Source: Bdellovibrionales bacterium
GTDB lineage: Bacteria > Bdellovibrionota > Bdellovibrionia > Bdellovibrionales > UBA1609
Assembly: GCA_007121385.1 (NCBI GenBank)
Contig: SKLV01000081.1
Span: forward strand, 11,539-75,538
DNA: 64,000 nucleotides
Reading direction: 5' to 3'
Shown: positions 53,050 through 62,756 of the stretch, piece after piece
How the letters are laid out: each line of letters begins with the position of its first letter
Numbering within the stretch: position 1 is the stretch's first letter
Program-made: the position numbers and the translations under genes
The notes under the pieces: generated by a model
Seen by the model: the letters and a program-made list of their open reading frames with translations, nothing else
Told to the model about the DNA's origin: nothing
The model's database searches: none

Positions 53050-53484
53050 TCAAGGGGGGACTGAGGGAGAGGGTTTCTCAAGGTCTGAGGGCAGAATAGC
53101 CAGCGACTCTGTTTCAAGCTCCTCTTCGGCTTCATATTGAGCTTGAGGGCGAGTGAGAAAAGTCACTCGTCGGCTGGTGATAAAGACGCGTTTCTCTGAG
53201 AACTGAGAACTCTCTCCCCCAGAAGGTCGCTCCATGGTACTGAGATAGCCATCCACCATCAAGAGAGAGCCCACGATCAGCTGTTCCACGCAGACCTCCG
53301 CCTGCCGACCCCAAACGGTGACGGAGTGCCAGTCTGTCTTCTCTTGCCACTTCTCCTGGGAGTCCTTCCAGCGCCTTTTTGTGGCCAGGTTGAGGTGGGT
53401 GTAGGGGCGGTCCTGGCTGGAGTGTTTGAGTTGGGGCGGGCTTCCCAGGTGTCCAATCAATAGCACCTTGTTCATTGTACGCAT
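53050..53484 (-). CDS. ssb: Single-stranded DNA-binding protein (atypical C-terminus)
   Basis: MNKVLLIGHLGSPPQLK...TDWHSVTVWGRQAE...GSLLMVDGYL is an SSB OB fold. ATG 53484 has an AAGGAG SD. Confidence 0.8.
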   Translation of the reverse strand: MRTMNKVLLIGHLGSPPQLKHSSQDRPYTHLNLATKRRWKDSQEKWQEKTDWHSVTVWGRQAEVCVEQLIVGSLLMVDGYLSTMERPSGGESSQFSEKRVFITSRRVTFLTRPQAQYEAEEELETESLAILPSDLEKPSPSVPP

Positions 53485-53739
53485 CGTATTTCTCCTTTCT
53501 TTTAGGGGCCGACCGAGATCTTTCAGCAAGTCCCAGGCCAAGGGGAGAGGGCACTCAACGGGCCGATCTCAGGCCGAAGGGGCCGATGGGCGGACAGGGC
53601 TCTGTAGTCTAAAGTGAAAGACAATGCGGCGCATTGCAAGCGGCTTTCTTTGCTTACCTGCCTAAGTGTTGGTAATCTCCGGCATAAAGTGGTCCTTCTG
53701 GGGAAACATCAAAGACTTATTACTTAAGGAGAATGAACT

Positions 53740-54243
53740 ATGATCCGCTACCTGATGATGGCTGTATTTGTAGGTGCAATGGCATTGAATGTGGGCTGTG
53801 CCTCGAAAAAAAAGGTGGATGTGGGAGATGTGGAGTCTGATCCTTCCATTGCGACAAAAGATATGGCCTTTGACCCCATGGGGAGTGACAGTGGGGCCAT
53901 TAGTGGACTTTCCAGTGTCAACTTTGCCTACGACAACTCCACCTTAACCACTGAGGCTCGTCGCCAGTTGGCTGGAAATGCGGAGTGGATGCGCAACAAT
54001 CCCAATGTCACAGTTCAGATTGAAGGCCACTGTGACGAGCGAGGCTCCATTGAGTATAACTTGGCTTTGGGAGAGAGGCGGGCTCAGTCTGCACTGAACT
54101 ACATGGTGAGTTTAGGTGTTCCTGCCAATCGCCTGACTATTATTAGCTATGGTAAGGAGAGACCCCTCGTGCCTTCGGCTCAATCCGAAGCAGATCATTC
54201 TCGGAACCGTCGAGCCAACTTCGTGCCCATTCCCGCCCGTTAA
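53740..54243 (+). CDS. pal: Peptidoglycan-associated lipoprotein Pal (OmpA family)
   Basis: Lipobox NVGCAS, and VNFAYDNSTLT...IEGHCDERGSIEYNLALGERRA...NRRANF. Confidence 0.92.
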   Translation: MIRYLMMAVFVGAMALNVGCASKKKVDVGDVESDPSIATKDMAFDPMGSDSGAISGLSSVNFAYDNSTLTTEARRQLAGNAEWMRNNPNVTVQIEGHCDERGSIEYNLALGERRAQSALNYMVSLGVPANRLTIISYGKERPLVPSAQSEADHSRNRRANFVPIPAR

Positions 54244-54252
54244 GATACGGGG

Positions 54253-54561
54253 TTGCGAGTGAGATTGAGTTGGTTAGCGGTCATTTTAGTCGCTTTTTTT
54301 GGGGCTGGCTGTGCGGCCCCAAATCCAATTCAGGAGTACAGTATTGCTCGGGCGGCTATGCAGGCGGCGCGCTCTGAGGGGGCGCCCCGATTGGCGGCGG
54401 CCTTTTGGCTCAAAGCTGAGGACCACTACCAAAAGGGAGAGAGGTACTACAGGCAGAATGATTTTGCTCGAGCTAGGGAGCAATTTGATTTGGCCAGAGA
54501 GTTTGCGGAGAAAGCGGAGAATGCCACTCGACTGAGAAAGGCTCAACAGGGAGAGTTTTAA
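54253..54561 (+). CDS. Small helical lipoprotein (DUF4398-like impression)
   Basis: Lipobox GAGCAAP followed by a helical region (YSIARAAMQAARSEGA...AEDHYQKGERYY). TTG start. Confidence 0.5.
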   Translation: MRVRLSWLAVILVAFFGAGCAAPNPIQEYSIARAAMQAARSEGAPRLAAAFWLKAEDHYQKGERYYRQNDFARAREQFDLAREFAEKAENATRLRKAQQGEF

Positions 54562-55250
54562 TGATGGATAAACTGAGGGCTTCATGGGGTGTAGGGCTTC
54601 TCGTGTTTGGCCTTTCTGCCTTTCAGACGAGCTGTGTGACAACACGAGCAGAGTTGCGTGGTGAAGGCTCTGAGCGGAGTCGTGAAGCGGCGGACCGTCG
54701 CCCCATCACAGTACAGCAGTTGCGAGCCCAAGAGGCTTTGCGGGACCAAGAACATCAGGAGCAGCTGCGTGAGCTGCATGGTCGAATTGAGACCCTGGAG
54801 CATCAGCTTCAGGTGGCTCTCAGAGAGAAGGCAGAGGACCAGGAAAGACAACTCAGTCAGCTGATGGACTCTCGCTTAAAGCTCTATGAAGAGGCCTTGG
54901 CCAATTCGGAAAAGCAGTTGCAGCAACTCACTCAAGAGCTCAGTGAGTTAAAAAAAAAAGAGGTCGCTAGTCCCGCCCCAAGGCCGACGGGACCCAATGC
55001 CGCCTTTCTCCGAGCTGAAAAGCTTTTTTCTGAAAACCGCTGGCGTGAAGCCATTGTGGAATATCAGGCCTATCGAGAAAGCCAGCCCCAGGGAGAGCAT
55101 TATCCTGAGGCCACTTACAAAATGGGTGTCTGCTTCCAAGAGTTGAATATGCTGGATGAGGCCAGGGCCTTCTACCAAGAGGCTGTGGATCGCTTTCCCG
55201 GCTCGGGCGCGGCTCGCCGCTCGAACACCCGTCTTCGGGGCCTCAATTAA
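54561..55250 (+). CDS. cpoB: Tol-Pal system protein CpoB/YbgF
   Basis: Signal peptide, coiled coil, then C-terminal TPR (YKMGVCFQELNMLDEARAFYQEAVDRFPGS). Adjacent to pal. Confidence 0.75.
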   Translation: MMDKLRASWGVGLLVFGLSAFQTSCVTTRAELRGEGSERSREAADRRPITVQQLRAQEALRDQEHQEQLRELHGRIETLEHQLQVALREKAEDQERQLSQLMDSRLKLYEEALANSEKQLQQLTQELSELKKKEVASPAPRPTGPNAAFLRAEKLFSENRWREAIVEYQAYRESQPQGEHYPEATYKMGVCFQELNMLDEARAFYQEAVDRFPGSGAARRSNTRLRGLN

Positions 55251-56329
55251 TGCAGTTGATTTTAGCTGTGGAGACCAGTTGTGACGACACCTCGGTGGCG
55301 GTGGTTCGTCATGATGGTTTTGTTCTGTCTCTCTGTTCAGCTCACCAGGATCTCGTTCATCGTCCCTTTGGCGGCATTGTGCCTGAGATCGCCAGTCGCA
55401 ACCACACAGAACAACTTTTGCCTCTGATTGAAAGGGCCTTGAGTGAAGCTCGTGTGGGCTGGGACTCCATTGACGGCTTAGCTGTGACCTCTCGCCCTGG
55501 CCTTATTGGCTCTCTAATTGTAGGCTTGGTGACGGTGAAAACTCTCGCCTTGGCTAAGAATCTGCCTTTTGTGGGGGTCAATCACTTGGAGGCCCATCTG
55601 CTGGCGCCCTTTTTGAGTGATAAGGATCACTCTCCTCCCAAGACTTTTGACTTTCCCTACTTGGCCCTGGCGATCAGCGGAGGCCACACCCACCTCTATG
55701 AGGTGAGGGCTTTGAATGACTATTGGGTTTTGGGACAGACTGTAGATGATGCGGCAGGTGAGGCCTTTGATAAATTTGCCAAGATGGTGGGTCTGGGTTT
55801 TCCTGGCGGAGTCCAGGTGGATCGCCTGGCTCAACAAGGAGATCCCAGGGCCTTTGAATTTCCCCGTCCCAAATCTCGGGAGGAAAACTTTGATTTTAGC
55901 TTTTCCGGTCTGAAAACAGCGGCTCAAAGAATGGTACAACAGATGGACCCTTTAGAGGTTAAAAACCATCTGGCGGACCTCTGCGCCAGCTATCAAGAGG
56001 CCATTGTGGATAGTCTTTTGAGCAAGCTGAAGCGGGCCGTGGAGAAGGTCCCCAAATCCGGAGACTCTTCGCCCTGGTCTGTGGTTCTCACTGGTGGAGT
56101 GAGTGCCAACTCCCGTTTGCGAGAAGCGGCTCGGCTCTGGGCTGAAGACAGGGGAGTGCATCTGGTGGTTCCTCCGCCGAGGTTCTGTACGGACAATGCC
56201 GCCATGGTGGGTTATGCGGGAATTCAACGCCTACGGCGTGGCGAAGCTTCTCAACAGGATTTGGCTCCCTCCCCTCGGCTCTATGAGGGTGACTTTCATT
56301 ACACCTCTCTGTCCCCGCGCAGGAGGTAG
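55250..56329 (+). CDS. tsaD: tRNA N6-adenosine threonylcarbamoyltransferase
   Basis: ILAVETSCDDTSVAVV, ISGGHTHL, DDAAGEAFDK and TDNAAM. Confidence 0.95.
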   Translation: MQLILAVETSCDDTSVAVVRHDGFVLSLCSAHQDLVHRPFGGIVPEIASRNHTEQLLPLIERALSEARVGWDSIDGLAVTSRPGLIGSLIVGLVTVKTLALAKNLPFVGVNHLEAHLLAPFLSDKDHSPPKTFDFPYLALAISGGHTHLYEVRALNDYWVLGQTVDDAAGEAFDKFAKMVGLGFPGGVQVDRLAQQGDPRAFEFPRPKSREENFDFSFSGLKTAAQRMVQQMDPLEVKNHLADLCASYQEAIVDSLLSKLKRAVEKVPKSGDSSPWSVVLTGGVSANSRLREAARLWAEDRGVHLVVPPPRFCTDNAAMVGYAGIQRLRRGEASQQDLAPSPRLYEGDFHYTSLSPRRR

Positions 56330-56331
56330 AG

Positions 56332-57165
56332 ATGTCCAATTTACTGGCTGAGGTGAAAGATTATCTGAACAGAACAGGATCTCGGCCTAAGCGATCTTTG
56401 GGGCAAAACTTTCTGGTGAACTCCCAGGTCGTCGAAAAGATCTTGGCCCGGGCCCTCTCCCTGGAGCCTCGAAGCCTTGTGGAGATTGGCCCTGGCTTGG
56501 GGGCTTTGACCCAGCCACTGAGGGCGCGATTTGGCGGGCGCTTGGTTTTATTAGAATTGGACCATCACTTTTGTGAAGCCTGGAGAGATCAGGGCTATGA
56601 GGTGGTGGAGGGGGATGCTCTCAAGTTGAACTGGGACCATTTAGGGCTGGAAAGCCCCAGCCTCTTACTCAGCAATCTGCCCTATCAAATTTCATCCTCT
56701 CTGGTGATAGAGAGGAGTTTGGGCCCTCGGGCGATTGAAAATATGGTATTGATGTTTCAGAAAGAGGTGGCCCAAAGGGTGGTCGCAGGCCCCCATACAA
56801 AGGATTACGGACTGCTCTCTGTGATGGCTCAGACTTTTTGGAGAGTTGATTTCGTCTTAGAGGCGGGACCTCGCGACTTTTACCCAGCGCCTAAAGTGGC
56901 GAGCCGAGTTTTGGCTTTTACACGCCTGCAAGACCCCTTAGGGATGGTGGAAGTCCATGAAAAAAGAGACTTTTTAAGCTTTTTAAAAAAGGCCTTTGCG
57001 CAGAGAAGAAAGTATTTGTTGAGCAATCTCAAGATGGCCATGCCCCAAACCCCTTGGCAGGACTTGTTTCATCTTTTGCATCTTGATATTCAAGCTCGAG
57101 CCGAAAACTTAAGACCAGAGGACTATGTGCGTCTTTTTCAGCATTGGACAGGGAAAATAAAGTGA
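56332..57165 (+). CDS. rsmA: 16S rRNA (adenine1518/1519-N6)-dimethyltransferase
   Basis: SLGQNFL, EIGPGLGALT and SNLPYQISS. Confidence 0.93.
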   Translation: MSNLLAEVKDYLNRTGSRPKRSLGQNFLVNSQVVEKILARALSLEPRSLVEIGPGLGALTQPLRARFGGRLVLLELDHHFCEAWRDQGYEVVEGDALKLNWDHLGLESPSLLLSNLPYQISSSLVIERSLGPRAIENMVLMFQKEVAQRVVAGPHTKDYGLLSVMAQTFWRVDFVLEAGPRDFYPAPKVASRVLAFTRLQDPLGMVEVHEKRDFLSFLKKAFAQRRKYLLSNLKMAMPQTPWQDLFHLLHLDIQARAENLRPEDYVRLFQHWTGKIK

Positions 57166-57620
57166 GCGGAATTAAAGTCATCGCTGAAAATCGCAAAGCT
57201 CGATTTGACTACGAGATTCTTGATCGCCTAGAGGCCGGCCTGGTTTTGACGGGAAGTGAGGTCAAATCTCTGCGCAATGGTCAGGTGACCCTGAAGGACT
57301 CTTATGTGTCCTTTCAGGGAGAAGAGGCTTTTTTACAGAATGCCCACATTAGTGAGTACAAAGCCTCCAGTTATAATAATCATGACCCTGAACGGCTGCG
57401 CAAGCTTCTTCTGCATCGTCTGGAGCTGAATCGGCTTCAAGCCAGTATTCGGGAAAAAGGTCTGAGCTGTGTGCCCCTGAAACTCTATTTTAAAAAAGGT
57501 TTGGTCAAGGTGGAGCTGGGCTTGGTTCGGGGTAAGAAAAAGGGGGACAAGCGAGAGGACGTTAAGAGGCGTGACGCGACTCGGGAGATGGCCCGCGCTT
57601 CTCGTCACGCAAAGACTTAA
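57162..57620 (+). CDS. smpB: SsrA-binding protein SmpB
   Basis: IAENRKARFDYEILDRLEAGLVLTGSEVKSLR. GTG 57162 overlaps the rsmA stop (GTGA); the ORF-track start is TTG 57144. Confidence 0.9.
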   Translation: MSGIKVIAENRKARFDYEILDRLEAGLVLTGSEVKSLRNGQVTLKDSYVSFQGEEAFLQNAHISEYKASSYNNHDPERLRKLLLHRLELNRLQASIREKGLSCVPLKLYFKKGLVKVELGLVRGKKKGDKREDVKRRDATREMARASRHAKT

Positions 57621-58230
57621 GACCCTGAATCTGATTCAGTTCTTCGCTTCCCAGTTGAGAGGCCTTTAGGGCCATCAACTCCATCCATGCATGGTGGGCA
57701 TCGCGGCGCTCCTCCTCCACAGAGATCTTTTTGAGAAGATCAAGTTCCTTTTGCATATTGGCTCTGAAGGATCCGTAAAAGTAGTTATAGGCATTGATTA
57801 AGTCTTGAAACTCATCTTGGTTGCGGATTTTGATCTGGCGTTGTTTCCAATGACCACGGCTGAGGAGTTTAAGGTGGTTTTTTAAAACTTTAAGGGGGCC
57901 GATAATCCGGTTGGTCATGCGCAAGCCAAGAAAGGTAAAGAATCCCACCAGTCCTATGAAGGCCGAGAGCAAAATGCTGTTGATCCAAACTCTTTCACGA
58001 GCCAAATTCTCCAGTAAATCCGGGGCCGTGTCGAAAGCTAAATCAAAAAATATTTTATAGTTTTGATTGACTAAATAATAGATGGGGCCTGTGACAGAGA
58101 TGACGCCGAGGGCCGCCGCTCCAACAATAATCAAGGTGTAGCGGAGCTGAAAGTCACTATCGACCAGGTGGGACTGGCGTAATGAAAAAGGGGCGGAAGA
58201 AGTGTACTCTAGACCTCGGCGTGACCACAT
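57562..58230 (-). CDS. Two-TM membrane protein with HAMP-like linker
   Basis: Two hydrophobic segments followed by RIIGPLKVLKNHLKLLSRGHW (HAMP-like) and a helical tail. The 3' end overlaps smpB by 59 nt. Confidence 0.55.
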   Translation of the reverse strand: MWSRRGLEYTSSAPFSLRQSHLVDSDFQLRYTLIIVGAAALGVISVTGPIYYLVNQNYKIFFDLAFDTAPDLLENLARERVWINSILLSAFIGLVGFFTFLGLRMTNRIIGPLKVLKNHLKLLSRGHWKQRQIKIRNQDEFQDLINAYNYFYGSFRANMQKELDLLKKISVEEERRDAHHAWMELMALKASQLGSEELNQIQGLKSLRDEKRGPSPESRHAS

Positions 58231-58341
58231 AGCCTTATTTTAAAGTCAGTGGACCCGTCTCTCGAAGGCCAGAAAGCAGAAGTAGGGCAAGTCTAAGCTA
58301 AAGTTAGAGGGCAAAAATTGCCTCTTCTTCTCAGCAGGTTT

Positions 58342-59112
58342 TCAATTCAAGACTTTGGCCAAATCTTTTGGGCCCAGGACCTTAAATTCCCCCTTTTTGA
58401 GATTCCCTAAGCGAAGTTGGCCAATGGCTACCCGTCGTAGTTTTCGCACATCAAAACCAATTTTTGCGAACATCTCGCGGATCTGGCGATTTTTGCCCTC
58501 GGTGATCACAACTCGAACCCAGTCGTACTTTTGTGAGCCTTGGCGAAAACGCTCAGCCTCCAGGGCCCGGACTCGACCTCCTCCTGGGATGGTCACTCCT
58601 CGAAGGAGCTTTTGCAGCTGCTCCTCACTGGGGCTTCCGCTGAGTTTAACTAAATAGGTTTTTCTCACTTCTTCTCGAGGGTGTATAACTTTTTGAGCGA
58701 AGTCCCCATCGTTTGTCAGGAGGAGGAGCCCTTCAGAATCCCAGTCCAGCCGGCCAACGGGAAAGACCCTCACTTTCAGTTTACGAAAGAAGTCAGAGAT
58801 GGTCTTTCGCCCCTGAGGATCATCCATCGTGGTCATCACATTTTCCGGCTTATAAAAGGCAATGTAGATTTTGGGCTCGGCGGCTTTGAGAGGCCTTCCC
58901 TTCACCGTCACTCTATCGGTTTCGGGGTTGATCTTGTGGCCCATAGTGGTGATTTTCTTTCCATTCACTATGACCAGTCCCTCAGAAATTAACTCGTCGG
59001 CCCCCCTACGACTGGCTAATCCAGATTCGGCGATCCAGCGATTGAGGCGCACTAAGCGGTCTTTGGGGGCGGGTTTATTTACAGTTCGTGAGGCTGATTT
59101 GCGGACGGCCAT
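58342..59112 (-). CDS. rluB: Pseudouridine synthase, RsuA/RluB family
   Basis: S4 domain RLNRWIAESGLASRRGADELI and catalytic GRLDWDSEGLLLLTNDG. Confidence 0.9.
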   Translation of the reverse strand: MAVRKSASRTVNKPAPKDRLVRLNRWIAESGLASRRGADELISEGLVIVNGKKITTMGHKINPETDRVTVKGRPLKAAEPKIYIAFYKPENVMTTMDDPQGRKTISDFFRKLKVRVFPVGRLDWDSEGLLLLTNDGDFAQKVIHPREEVRKTYLVKLSGSPSEEQLQKLLRGVTIPGGGRVRALEAERFRQGSQKYDWVRVVITEGKNRQIREMFAKIGFDVRKLRRVAIGQLRLGNLKKGEFKVLGPKDLAKVLN

Positions 59113-60053
59113 TCTTTTCCTTTACTGCTCGTGAGCATCCAATACTCGATATTGGTCACCAAGAGGAGTAAAAGCTTGTCATTGGGAAAAATATTCTTGA
59201 GAGCCATTCGGCCCCGGCGCAGGGCCTCTTGCGCCATATGGGCGCCTTCTGGATGTTGTGCAGAGATCAGTTGGTAGGATTTTTCTAGAAGAGCTACAAG
59301 CTCTTGGTAAAAAGGATCGGATTTTGAGTTGATATAATGCCTCTCTAGGCGTTTGAGGCCGTAAAAAAGCTCGGAGTTTTGACTGAGGGTGGCCTGCCGG
59401 AGGCTTTCCATCTTTTGAAAAGTGTAGCCCCGAACCAATAGTCCCTCAACTCCTCCCTCACGGAGAGCAAAATGGGCCGTGGTCATCATGGCAGTATCCA
59501 GCCAATGTAATACATGAGGGAGAAGCTCCATTTGCGAGCTGTACTCCAGCTGAGTGAGAGGAGGAAGAAGTTCGAGCTGTCCATCCATGATGAGGGCCCA
59601 GTGGGGGTGGACGCGAACCTTCAGGCAGCCCGAGGGGTTCAATTTGAGGCTTAGAGTCTGTTGGGCAGAGAGGCGGACCAGTTTTAGACGGTCTCCAGTG
59701 CCCATTTCACGGCGCATCTGTAGCTCAATGACATCTTGTAGGTCTCGAGCCTGCTCTAAGGCCACCACTTGAACTTCATCAGCATGTCGAATGCGGTCCA
59801 AATCTAAAGCCACCTGAGTCTCTCGCAAAAAACTCTCCAAATCCGCACGAAGAGTTTCTCCCAAAATTTTTTGATGAGTCTGCCAGTATTGAAAAAGTAG
59901 AGCTTTACGGTAGAATTGGGTGATCAGCTGGGCAGACAGTGGAGAGCTGAGATCGCAGCAGTTTTTAAGGTAATTGTAAAGAGCTAAGCGAGCCACATTT
60001 TTTTGTGGGTCAAGTTGAAGGAGATACTGTGCTAAGTGAGTGACAGAGATCAT
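59079..60053 (-). CDS. Hypothetical protein
   Basis: 324-aa ORF whose 3' end overlaps the rluB start by 34 nt. No motif recognised. Confidence 0.5.
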   Translation of the reverse strand: MISVTHLAQYLLQLDPQKNVARLALYNYLKNCCDLSSPLSAQLITQFYRKALLFQYWQTHQKILGETLRADLESFLRETQVALDLDRIRHADEVQVVALEQARDLQDVIELQMRREMGTGDRLKLVRLSAQQTLSLKLNPSGCLKVRVHPHWALIMDGQLELLPPLTQLEYSSQMELLPHVLHWLDTAMMTTAHFALREGGVEGLLVRGYTFQKMESLRQATLSQNSELFYGLKRLERHYINSKSDPFYQELVALLEKSYQLISAQHPEGAHMAQEALRRGRMALKNIFPNDKLLLLLVTNIEYWMLTSSKGKEWPSANQPHEL

Positions 60054-60097
60054 TTTTAAACGATAAGTTTAAAAGGGGGCTTGCGTCCAGGGAAAAA

Positions 60098-60679
60098 ATG
60101 TCTCTGAGGGAGATGAATATGGGACGAGAATTAAATAAAGATCTATTTGATGAACTGGTGCCGACGGCACCTCTAGCGCCGCAAAGGCCGAGTCTTGGCT
60201 CAGGGCCCTGGGCACCTCCTCCTGCTCCCCCTTTCCTTAAAGAAGAAGACTGGAAGGTGCTGGTGAGCCAGGTGGAGCAAATCAAGCGGCGGCAAAAGGA
60301 GCAGGAGGCTCAACTGGATACTCTGAATAATCGAATTACTGAGGTGATCTCTGGAATAAAGGTCCGTTTTGAGCGTCTCACTGGAGCGACTCAACGACTG
60401 GAGGACTTTTTTAAAACCTCGATTCAGGAGATCCATAGCAAGTTTGCAAGCCTCTCCAGTCGAGTGGCGGAACGTAAGCTGAGTGATGCTAAGGTTCAGG
60501 AGATGATTGAGAGACATATGAGCTTAGTTCAGCAATTTGATTTGCGGATGAATCAAGTGCAAAAGCTAGTGGCCGAGCAGGAACTTCAGCTGATGAATGC
60601 AAAGGCTGCTTTGCGCGAAACCCAGAAAGAGATCATTCGGCTGAGAGGGCCCGACGCATCCTCAAGGCAAAAGCTGTAG
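60098..60679 (+). CDS. Coiled-coil hypothetical protein
   Basis: 193 aa with heptad-like helical sequence. No motif recognised. Confidence 0.45.
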   Translation: MSLREMNMGRELNKDLFDELVPTAPLAPQRPSLGSGPWAPPPAPPFLKEEDWKVLVSQVEQIKRRQKEQEAQLDTLNNRITEVISGIKVRFERLTGATQRLEDFFKTSIQEIHSKFASLSSRVAERKLSDAKVQEMIERHMSLVQQFDLRMNQVQKLVAEQELQLMNAKAALRETQKEIIRLRGPDASSRQKL

Positions 60680-62588
60680 CCTCCTCAAATCCAGTCAGGC
60701 GCAAGTCGTCCCGTCGCTGTCCTTGAGAGTCGTAAAAGACAATGAAGGGAAGTCCAAGCACGTTGTACTTTTGTTGAAGTTCTCGGAAGGCCGGATTGGG
60801 GTGAGTGGCATCAAATTTAAAGAGGGCAAAATCTTGGGCCAGTTTTTGCACCTCTGGGTCAGAGAAAGTGTAACGCTCTAACTCCTTGCAGGCGGCACAC
60901 CATTCGGCATCAAAATCAAGGATCACAGGTCGTCCCAAACTCAGGGCCTGCTCCAACTGCTCTCGAGAGTAGGGTTCCCAGTTCAGTCGAGGAAAACTGG
61001 CTGACAGAGGAGATTGAGAGAGGCCAGGGCCCAAGGCTCCCCGGGGAGTCCAGTGGGGGAAAAAGGCCTGGAGCCAAAGGCCCACACCAACAAAAAAACC
61101 GGCTAAAAGGAGCCCTTTGCGTAATTGAAGGGTTCTGGAAACAATATTTGGAGCGGTGGCAAAGGCCCCATAGCCGCTGGAGATCAAAATGAGGGCCAGG
61201 CCGGCCAGAAAGCTCCAGACCCTATCTGGTGTCACGGGTTGTATAAAGTAGAGAGCGATAGCTACCATAGTGCTGCCAAAAATGAACTTCGGAACCTCTA
61301 ACCAGGGGCCGGAGCGAGGCAGGTGATTGAGGAGTTGGCTGAATGTCCCAAGGGCGAGAAAAAGGAGCCCCATACCGAGGGCAAATACAAACATCAAGAA
61401 AAAGCCTAAGACCAAATTTTGGCTTTGGGCAATGTAGGCCAAGACGGCAATCAGCACAGGCCCAACACAGGGGCTGGCCACAACTCCAGCGACCAAGCCA
61501 GCGAAAAAGGCGGAGAGTCGTCCCCGCAGAGGGGATTTGCTGAGGCCCAAGCGCTGAGTGACAAAGGCCGGAGGACGGATTTCATAGAGTCCATACATAC
61601 TGAGACCCATCAACACAAAGATCAGTGCTAAGGGAAAAACCACAAGAGGATGGCCTAACAGAGAACCAAAGAGCCGGCCCGTGGAGGCCGCCAGAACTCC
61701 TAAAAGGGCGTATGTGAGGGCAATGCCAAGGACATAGACCAAGCTAGTGAGAAAACCAGACCAGTGCCCCCGAGAGTTGGCTCTTGATCCCAGGACCGCC
61801 AGAGTGATGGGAATCATGGGAAAGATACAGGGAGTGAGGCTGGTTAAAAAGCCGGCCAAAAATACCAGTAGGAATACAAACCAGAGATGACTCTCTACAT
61901 GCCGGCTAAAGGCCTGACTGTCGGTCAGGCTCTGCCAGAGAGAGCCCAGACCTCCAATGGAAGGAGGGCGGTGCTCTAGGGTTGCGGGGAGAATTAACTC
62001 TCCATCAGTGTCCAGTTCTGCCACCACGAGGGGAATAGATAGGGTCTCCGTTTTGGGAAAGAGGCAGTAGCTGGCTGTGCAGGCCTGATAGGTTAAGGAG
62101 ACCTTGGCTAGATACTCTCCTGGAAGCATAGAGTCAGAGAGTCTTATTTGAGCTTTGAGCTGGGCCTGGCCTTTGACGCCTAGGCGCTGTCGGCGGGAAA
62201 AGTGGTCATAGAATTCCACGACAGGATCAATATCCCACTCCTCCAACTCGAGTCCTAGAGGGTAGTCGAGATTCAGAGCAAAGACTTCGCGGTAGGCGTA
62301 GTGAGGCGGGTCTAGGTCTAAGTTGAGGCGTAATTCAAGGCTTTGTCCCGCAGCCGCTGCGGCGGGAAGAAACTCTCCAGCCAGGTGAAGAGGGTTCTCA
62401 TTGATTTCCACGCCTTGTGGTCCCTGGTCCTCAGTCTGGGCCCAGGCCCGAGCCTCATAAAGATGGAGGTCTCCCAAGACGAAGGCCAGCCCCAGAACCA
62501 GCGGTCGGATCCAATAAGTTCTCAATTCGACTAAGGCCTTTTTCAAAAAAGGCAGAGCCCAAATACTCACTTTCAAGTTCAACCTCAT
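60633..62588 (-). CDS. dsbD: Thiol:disulfide interchange protein DsbD
   Basis: N-terminal periplasmic domain, a central multi-TM DsbD core (TPCIFPMIP, SPCVGPVL) and a C-terminal thioredoxin fold with WCAACK. Confidence 0.88.
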   Translation of the reverse strand: MRLNLKVSIWALPFLKKALVELRTYWIRPLVLGLAFVLGDLHLYEARAWAQTEDQGPQGVEINENPLHLAGEFLPAAAAAGQSLELRLNLDLDPPHYAYREVFALNLDYPLGLELEEWDIDPVVEFYDHFSRRQRLGVKGQAQLKAQIRLSDSMLPGEYLAKVSLTYQACTASYCLFPKTETLSIPLVVAELDTDGELILPATLEHRPPSIGGLGSLWQSLTDSQAFSRHVESHLWFVFLLVFLAGFLTSLTPCIFPMIPITLAVLGSRANSRGHWSGFLTSLVYVLGIALTYALLGVLAASTGRLFGSLLGHPLVVFPLALIFVLMGLSMYGLYEIRPPAFVTQRLGLSKSPLRGRLSAFFAGLVAGVVASPCVGPVLIAVLAYIAQSQNLVLGFFLMFVFALGMGLLFLALGTFSQLLNHLPRSGPWLEVPKFIFGSTMVAIALYFIQPVTPDRVWSFLAGLALILISSGYGAFATAPNIVSRTLQLRKGLLLAGFFVGVGLWLQAFFPHWTPRGALGPGLSQSPLSASFPRLNWEPYSREQLEQALSLGRPVILDFDAEWCAACKELERYTFSDPEVQKLAQDFALFKFDATHPNPAFRELQQKYNVLGLPFIVFYDSQGQRRDDLRLTGFEEATAFALRMRRALSAE

Positions 62589-62708
62589 TGCTGCCTGAGT
62601 CTATCGGCACAAAACAGTCTTTAGCTTTAACACAGGACTTTGGTGGAGGGCACCCAGAAACCGGACTGGACCTTGGGGGAGATTCCCCGATTCCGGGCTA
62701 GGAGCCCT

Positions 62709-62734
62709 TAAAAACTCAGTGGCCTTGCCGATAA
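62709..62734 (+). promoter_or_regulatory. Sigma-28 promoter of motAB
   Basis: TAAAAACT-N10-GCCGATAA, with a perfect -10 box 22 nt upstream of the motA ATG. Confidence 0.65.
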
Positions 62735-62756
62735 CTCTTGGGAGAGGTGAAGTCTT

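Noticed and set aside
53132-53554. 140-aa alternative-frame ORF over ssb
   Set aside because: It shares the strand with the SSB frame, which has a clear OB fold and an AAGGAG SD. The alternative frame is Pro/Gly/Arg-rich with no motif.
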